Assembly: GCA_010093815.1 (NCBI GenBank)
Contig: ML996573.1
DNA length: 64,000 bases
Origin: Pseudovirgaria hyperparasitica
Lineage: Eukaryota
Direction: 5' to 3' (one strand)
Under the pieces are notes generated by a model. That model was not told the DNA's origin. It worked only from the letters and a program-made list of their open reading frames with translations, and searched no databases. Shown piece by piece: positions 57,496 through 64,000 of the stretch. The first letter of the stretch is position 1; every line of letters begins with the position of its first letter. Made by a program: the position numbers and the translations under genes.

Positions 57496-60402
57496 TCAAA
57501 CATTCCGTGCGTGCAACGCTTCCTTGAGCGTTGCTGCAAACTGCGCCACATGATCGGCCCCAAGCATCGTGTAATGCGCTCCGCCCACAGCATGCAGCCT
57601 GGGAACATCCCTGGAAAAGTCTCTCCACTTGCTGAGATGCTCGTGGACCCATTCCTCCCGCGATGCAGCAGCGTGGCGCAAGGGGATGGCATGGAAAACA
57701 TCGATACTCGCGACTTGTCCGCTAGGCTCATAGTCGACGGCCATGCCTTGCAAGCCGTATGCGACGTCGGCCCAGCGGGTCAGGGCGAGATGATCGAGAC
57801 CCAGCTCCTCTAAGCGTGCCGCGTCTGTGGCGTGCATTACAGTTCCGAGAGCATCGTCCCTATGCGCGCCAGGGTAAGTGCTGCTCTGTTCCATAACTTC
57901 GGCTACTGTGTCTGTGACCAAGCCGAGAAACTGTGCCAGGTGCAGAAGACACATGTTCCAGCTGAGTTGACGCATGCGAGATTTGATATGTGGGGGCAGG
58001 TTAAAGCTTCCGAGAAAGCTGACGGTGCCATGATCCAAGCGTTCCAGCCGTTTTGTGATCTCGAATGCAAGCATTGTTCCATAGCTGTATCCGGCAATGG
58101 CGTAGGGCCCGTGTGGTTGGCGTTGTCTGATCGCCTGAACGTACGTATCGACTGTCGCTTCTATCGAGGAGAACCGCTCGCCACCTTCAAAACCCTTTGC
58201 CCGTAAAGCGTATATCGGACGGTCGTCATCTATCATGTGTTGTGCAAGACCGACGAAGACTAGGACTTCACCCACACCTGGATGAACTAGCCATAGGGGG
58301 GCTTTGTTACCGCTAGATTTCAGTGTTACAACGGGATCGTAGCTGGTACTTATCGTCTTGGATTGCTCCACAGAGGAAGTGACGCTCGCCATATTTGTGC
58401 TGAGTGCTGCTGCCAACTGCCTCGCTGTTGGATTGCGTAGCAGTGTGATGACAGGAACACTGATCTGTAGACTTCTATCCAGATGGCGCTTCAGACGAAT
58501 GAGGTCCATGGACGTGAAGCCAAGTTCAAAGAGCCGTGTCTCCGGGCCAATATTGTCAAGACTAATGTCTAGAGTGTTTGCAAAGCTTTCCATGAGGAGT
58601 AGTTCAGTCCCAGTCCTGGCAGCGTCGGATGACCCTGTCCGCCTCGTCTTTTTCCGGAAGGCATCGAGACGTTGCCGGTGCTCAACAATATCTTCGTCAA
58701 AGCGACCTGAGTCAAACAAGGAGCTCATCTTCGCACGTGATATTTTCCCGAGAGTGGTCATAGGTAGTGATGAGAGGGAGGATCCCATCAGCGAAAAGAC
58801 CGACGGTAGAGCGGAAACGCTGGACATGCATACTTCAGCTGCAAGCTCATCGATTGCAGCCATCTGGGCAGCAGTGTGTGGCGATTCCCTTGGAATATAA
58901 GCGATGGTGATTTGTTCCGTGTGTGCTGCACGCGACGGGAATACGACATAACGTTGCACTTTGCTAGACAGTGCCTGTTCCAGTATTGCATCAATATCCG
59001 CAATGACAATCTTGAGACCATTGATATTGATCACCTCTTTCGACCGACCATTGAGGCACAAGTTCCCCAGATTGTCAATGTAAGCCCGGTCCCCTGTACG
59101 AAACCACCCGTCCTGTGATGGGAATGCGTCCGCGGTCGCTTTGGGATTGCGATAATAGCCCTTGAAAACTATGTCTCCCCTGACCTCAAGATCGCCGGTT
59201 TCGTTCGTAGCTGCAGGGGTGGAGCCAGCAACAACTCGCATTTCGATACCTTTCACGCATTTCCCGAGGCTTGCCACCGTGCGTCCTTGCTGTTCGTCGT
59301 AACGGGGGCACCGGCTGTTGAAGATCGCACCAGCACATGTTTCCGTCATGCCAAACCCCGGAGTTATAACATCGTCTCGAGCTCCGTATCTGCTCAATAG
59401 TTTGGATGCCGCCGAACATGTCCTAATATCATTGGCTTCACCACCAGAAGCAAGAATCTGTAGAGATGAGAGATCCCAACCTCCTCTAAACGTTTGGCGC
59501 TCCATCTCCAGAGTCACGGTCGACGTCAATTTGGCCAGGAAGAAATTTGGGGCAAAGGTACGACATACGCGATGCTTGCTCAAGAGATCCAAGAAGTGAA
59601 TCGGGGATGAAACGACGTCCGCTGCGTTGACATGGATCTGATCGGCACCGAGCCACAATGCTTGAATATGTATCTCCACGAGACTCGCGACGTGATCGAG
59701 TCCTATCCAGTTGAGAAATGATCCTTTCCCTTCGAGCGGCCGAACAGAAGCTTTTCCTGCGATGGCTGAGAGAACCTGCTTGTGCGTTATGCGCACAGCC
59801 TTTGCGTTTCCTGTGCTTCCTGATGTCAGCATCAACATCGCCAGAGCATCGCCCCCAGGATATTGGAAGTGAGCCATTGGTTCGTCCGCGGATGATGCTG
59901 AACCGTCCGAGGCCTGCGATGACGCTGATGAGTCGGCGGACAAATCATCATAGCATAGCGATTCGATTGTGTGTAATTGCAGAAGACCTCGAGAGCCATC
60001 GAAGAGATCCAGCAATCTCTCTCGGGTGATGCATATTGGCGATTGAAGCAGAGACGAGAGCCCGCTAATATGTTGATTACGGTGCTCCTTGATGTTGCTG
60101 AAAGGAGATGAGAGTACTGGCAATCCTTGGGCAAGCGACACGGCCCAGAACCAGACAATTGTTACCCAGTGGTCGTCCAGATGAATGAGTACTGGATGGT
60201 TCCTTCTGAAGGCAGGGGTGGCGCGAAGGATTCGGCCGTAAGAGCTGGCTTGGACAAATAGATCAGAATATGTGAACGACTTTGGTTTTGATGTGTCGCC
60301 AAGTGGGTAGCAAACGATGTCTCCCTTCCTCGTTATGGCCCGGCTACGTAGGATATCCTGGAGACAAGTAGCGGACTGTTTGTACTCGTGCAATACCTGC
60401 AT
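57496..60402 (-). CDS. Single-module NRPS-like enzyme, A-T-TE (atromentin/polyporic-acid/furanone synthetase family)
   Basis: Intronless, about 968 aa from ATG 60402. A domain LTSGSTGNAKAV, WIGLDHVASLVEIH, SGGEAN, GFGMTETCAG, WFRTGD, LGKISR. T domain LFELGFTSMDL. TE domain HPGVGE, GYSYG, GSFNLPPH, GAHYTM. No C domain. Confidence 0.96.
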   Translation of the reverse strand: MQVLHEYKQSATCLQDILRSRAITRKGDIVCYPLGDTSKPKSFTYSDLFVQASSYGRILRATPAFRRNHPVLIHLDDHWVTIVWFWAVSLAQGLPVLSSPFSNIKEHRNQHISGLSSLLQSPICITRERLLDLFDGSRGLLQLHTIESLCYDDLSADSSASSQASDGSASSADEPMAHFQYPGGDALAMLMLTSGSTGNAKAVRITHKQVLSAIAGKASVRPLEGKGSFLNWIGLDHVASLVEIHIQALWLGADQIHVNAADVVSSPIHFLDLLSKHRVCRTFAPNFFLAKLTSTVTLEMERQTFRGGWDLSSLQILASGGEANDIRTCSAASKLLSRYGARDDVITPGFGMTETCAGAIFNSRCPRYDEQQGRTVASLGKCVKGIEMRVVAGSTPAATNETGDLEVRGDIVFKGYYRNPKATADAFPSQDGWFRTGDRAYIDNLGNLCLNGRSKEVININGLKIVIADIDAILEQALSSKVQRYVVFPSRAAHTEQITIAYIPRESPHTAAQMAAIDELAAEVCMSSVSALPSVFSLMGSSLSSLPMTTLGKISRAKMSSLFDSGRFDEDIVEHRQRLDAFRKKTRRTGSSDAARTGTELLLMESFANTLDISLDNIGPETRLFELGFTSMDLIRLKRHLDRSLQISVPVITLLRNPTARQLAAALSTNMASVTSSVEQSKTISTSYDPVVTLKSSGNKAPLWLVHPGVGEVLVFVGLAQHMIDDDRPIYALRAKGFEGGERFSSIEATVDTYVQAIRQRQPHGPYAIAGYSYGTMLAFEITKRLERLDHGTVSFLGSFNLPPHIKSRMRQLSWNMCLLHLAQFLGLVTDTVAEVMEQSSTYPGAHRDDALGTVMHATDAARLEELGLDHLALTRWADVAYGLQGMAVDYEPSGQVASIDVFHAIPLRHAAASREEWVHEHLSKWRDFSRDVPRLHAVGGAHYTMLGADHVAQFAATLKEALHARNV

Positions 60403-61163
60403 AGTTGGGTGATTTTGCAAAAGATGAAGAGATCAAGCGCGAACATAGGGTACGATATAGTCGGAGCCCGATTTCGTGTGCCGCATCATCAATACCAGTA
60501 AGATAACAATCTGTGCTATTACTAGGTATCTGTTTCTGTTGCCTGAGTCCAGATGCTGTTAATAGAAGCGCTGGCTTGCTTCGAGATTGAAAGCCACTAC
60601 GGAGCGAGACTCTTGGACAAGGGGGGGGGGGGGTCCCACCAGTGCTGGACCGGCGCGAAGTAGCACCCACCAGAGGGGCCCTAGTATGCATGTCCAGACA
60701 AAGTAGCGGTGCACCGTGTACGCCTCGTCATCATGTCCGATCCAACATGAATCGCAAATAACGCCATCGGAAAGCGCGAAGCCTGCCATAGGTTGAATAT
60801 CAAGGCCTTGTTCTCTTCGGCTGTGTTGATGAGCCTACACTAGCCTCAAACTGCATACGAAAAGCAATTCTACGGCGTGCTTACCCGTCTGTGGTATGCA
60901 TTCGACTCTTCGTTGCTATCGTCAGCAGCTTTGGCGCCACAAGCAGTGCGGCGCTGAGCAGCGAGAAGTATTGAAGTCTCGTAGAAAACGGCTTAGTCGG
61001 TTTTGTGTTCTTTTTGTCGGCCTCCTTGCTTCATCGGACTAAAAACCACCATCCCCAAGCGCCGTGCAGCTGCCGAAGAACTGCTATTGATATACGCGGC
61101 TTTGTCATCGACCTAGGCTCATCTAAAGTCCGATTGCGTGTAGCCAAGCCTTCATACAACACG

Positions 61164-62627
61164 ATGGGTGCAGGTCAGTCTACACCACGCATTGTAGAGC
61201 TCGCTGCCTCCATAAGCGAAAATGTGGCAAAGATACAAGAGATACTGGACGCTCAAGGCGCTCCAATGCCGTCTTTTGACGAGGACAGTCCGCCTTTGCC
61301 GAAAGAGATCGCAGGTCCTCAACATGCAGTTCTTGACGCTACAGCAGAGTTGCAGGATCTACTGCAAGATCCCATGAATTTTATACACCGGTCCTCGAGA
61401 GTATGTAGATACATTCTGTGTTCAGCTTCGATTTGTTGACACTGCGCAAAAGAGTGACAAACCGGCATGTATCAACACTATTGTACGATTCGATATTGCG
61501 GCGCTGGTCCCTTGTGGAGGGCGAACATCCTTTCAAGATATTAGTAGACAAACTCCCCTGACTGAACAGATGGTGGGGCGAATTGTTCGACACGCTGCCA
61601 CAATGCGGATTTTCAAAGAACCGGAGCCAGGTCAGGTGATGCACACAAAAGCCTCGAAGCTCCTGGCCAACCATGATTTCAGAGACTGGGCACGAACAGG
61701 CATTGAGGAAATGGGACCTGCTGGAGGACGAGTAAGGTGTTTGAACCAGGGAACAGACGCTTGCTAATGCATGAACCTAGCTGGCCGATGCTCTTGAGCG
61801 ATGGCCAGGCTCGCAACACCCCAATCAGACGGTAGGTGAAACAGTCACTTATCCCGGCGCATCTAGCTGATCACCATCCAAGGGGTTTTCTCTGGCGAAC
61901 GATACGAATGATTCGATATACGAAGTCGTAGGGAAAGATCCTTCTCGTGCCGCTCGATTCGGAAGCGCCATGAAAGTCATGACGGCCAGACCCGAATTCG
62001 ATCTGGCATATGGTGTGAACAATTATGATTGGGGCGCTTTGGGCAAAGCTCTCGTTGTGGATGTTGGGGGCAGTAAAGGCCACTTTGCGATCGCCCTTGC
62101 ACGTCGTTATGAGAACCTCCGCTTCATCGTACAGGATATGGCACATATGCTCGGTGACGGCCCTGAAGAGATCTCCGCGGATAGATTGGAATTCATGGCT
62201 CATAGCCTGTTCGATCCTCAAAGCGTTCAGGCAGATGTGTTCATCTTCCGCTGGGTATTTCACAACTGGTCAGATGAGTATTGCGTCCGTATATTGAAGG
62301 CACAGTTACCCTCGATGAAACCAGGCGCAAGGCTTATTCTGCTGGAGGCTATACTGCCAGAGTCAGGGACTGTGGGCTATTGGAAAGAAAGCGAGTTAAG
62401 GTGATTTACACAAGGCCGTGTGCTGCTCATCGAAACTAACATGCATCCACTACAGGTCGCTGGATCTGGAAATGGCATCGACATTCAATGCTAGAGAGAG
62501 GACTCTTTCGGATTGGAAGGCCCTATTCGCGCTAGCAGATCCAGGCTTTGTGCTGAGGAGTGTAGTCGAGCCTGAAGGATCCGCGATGGCTGTCCTCGAA
62601 TTCTTCTGGGAGAGATCATCGGCTTGA
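61164..62627 (+). CDS. SAM-dependent O-methyltransferase 2 (OmtA-like, Methyltransf_2), divergent from the NRPS-like gene
   Basis: RIVELAASI..PSFDED, RIVRHA..IFKEP, VVDVGGSKG, FIVQD, FRWVFHNWSD and NARERT motifs. Four canonical introns. Confidence 0.94.
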
Positions 62628-63350
62628 TGCCCCGACACATGATCTGGTATCTTGCTCTAATATTGCCTCTGCAACACGTCGCAGATTCTCAAGGCAGCTG
62701 TCTGCACTACGCGTGCTCTTAGTACTGTTCGTGTCCAGCATTGGAGTCACGGGAGGGGCGATGAGTGATTGCTAGACTTGATGGCGTGCAATCTATAGAC
62801 CGCAGTGATGAGAAACCTAGAAGCGGGATCAGACGATGTCGGCGTAGACTTTGAAGAGAAACGAAAATCATGCATGGAGCTGAGGGAATAGTGTGTTGGC
62901 AGAATAAGGTGGATAACTGGCTACAGTATATATATCACATCGGGTCTCGGGCTCGGAGATGCTTGGATCTGCGTGCTTCACAACAGTTGGGTGGCTGGAT
63001 ACTACGTTATAACATTTGTTCAAGTTGAGGTTAGAGAAAGATGCAGTGTGGCTTGTGACTTGTGGCGTGAGATCTGCGTGGCGCACCACAGCATCCACAA
63101 CAAAGGCAGCTAGGGAACTGGGCACCTCAGGCATCATCCATCCAGGGCAGCTGCCACCCACCTGGGCACCACCCTGCAGTTGCGCATTATGACGTAGCGG
63201 ACATCCAAAACAAACTCATTCAAAACAACCGGGATATTTGCAAGTCGCAATACGATATTCCAACCTCTTCATTCCCAACTGCCCCAATCTTCCCCCGTTA
63301 ACACCTTCCATCCATACAATCAACATCAACATCGTCATTGAAAGATCAAC

Positions 63351-64000
63351 ATGTCCGAGAAGGTCAAAGAAACCGCGCGCGAGGAAGTGGAGAAGCTCAG
63401 AGCACTCACTGTTGATGCCGCTCGCTCAACAGCCTATCTCTACCCACTCAAGGTAGGCAGATCGATCCTTCGTATCAAACATAACACCAACTAAGTCTCA
63501 TTCAGGGTATCGCTTATTTCTTCACCCACCGCTCATTATGGAAGCCCCTCACAGCCAAACTCGCACCCACTATGACCCTCGGCGTCGGCGTGACGACGTT
63601 CATGTTCGCCGTGACATACCTTCCTCAAGCCGCCTTTCTCGCCATATTCAACGGCCCTCTGGCTGCCCTGACAAGCATCCTCCTCGTACTTAGTGAGAGC
63701 TCGACCATATTCACTGTACTTTCTAAGAACTTCTTCATCGAAGAAGCGTTGCTAGACACATTTGACGGCACTCTTCTTACCCGTAGCCAGACAGAGCTCG
63801 TATCGCAGGGCCGCGATGTCAAGGCTGGATCTGACCCTATTGGCAAGCTCGGCAAGCTGGCCAAGAAGCCGTTTGCACGTTTTGCGCCCAAGGCCATCAT
63901 TCGGTACTTCATGTACCTGCCGCTCAACTTCATCCCTGTCATTGGCACAGCGCTATTCATCATCCTTCAGGGCCGTCGTACAGGACCGGTGGCGCACACG
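63351..64000 (+). CDS. EI24/Rrt8-Lds-like membrane protein, 3' end beyond window
   Basis: Not in the ORF track. AYLYPLK, intron, GIAYFFTHRSLWKP, TYLPQAAFL..GPLA, LVLSESS, LLDTFDGTL and YLPLNFIPVIGT motifs. Confidence 0.85.

Larger units (their letters stand above)
42183..62627. other. Secondary-metabolite gene cluster: NRPS-like (A-T-TE) + 2 O-methyltransferases + 2 P450s + DHA14 MFS + PTH11-like protein
   Basis: Seven contiguous genes of typical cluster classes, flanked by non-biosynthetic genes at 39.4-41.6 kb and 63.35 kb. Confidence 0.88.

Noticed and set aside
1..64000. tRNA, rRNA, CRISPR arrays, intact transposons
   Set aside because: None recognised by eye. The window is eukaryotic, and its tandem repeats are simple micro/minisatellites without unique spacers.

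Overview
Gene-dense genomic window from a filamentous ascomycete (Pezizomycotina), judged from short GT-AG introns with CTRAC/CTAAC branch points and fungal gene families. 1-20 kb is mostly core genes: a partial heme-thiolate peroxidase, RPS27, deoxyribose-phosphate aldolase, VMA22/CCDC115, SHY1/SURF1, CMS1, CENP-T, an EGF-motif membrane protein and several orphans. 21-31 kb is an accessory block in which four neighbouring genes each carry one visible lesion. These are a cellodextrin/lactose-type sugar porter (AT instead of GT donor), a cellulose-synthase-like GT2 (TG instead of AG acceptor before the QxxRW exon), a small conserved gene (8-bp footprint-like insertion) and a secreted Cys-repeat protein whose repeats stop at, and read antisense into, the SCOT gene. 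A Zn2Cys6 factor, an AIM9/APH-like kinase and a Pro-rich protein follow. 42-62.6 kb is an apparently intact secondary-metabolite cluster built on a single-module A-T-TE NRPS-like enzyme of the aromatic alpha-keto-acid-dimerising type. It also holds two O-methyltransferases, two P450s (one lacking the I-helix Thr motif), a DHA14 efflux pump and a PTH11-like membrane protein. A 2.5-kb ORF-less gap inside the cluster is a speculative structured-ncRNA (telomerase-RNA-like) candidate. All exon boundaries were read by eye; no database searches or folding programs were run.
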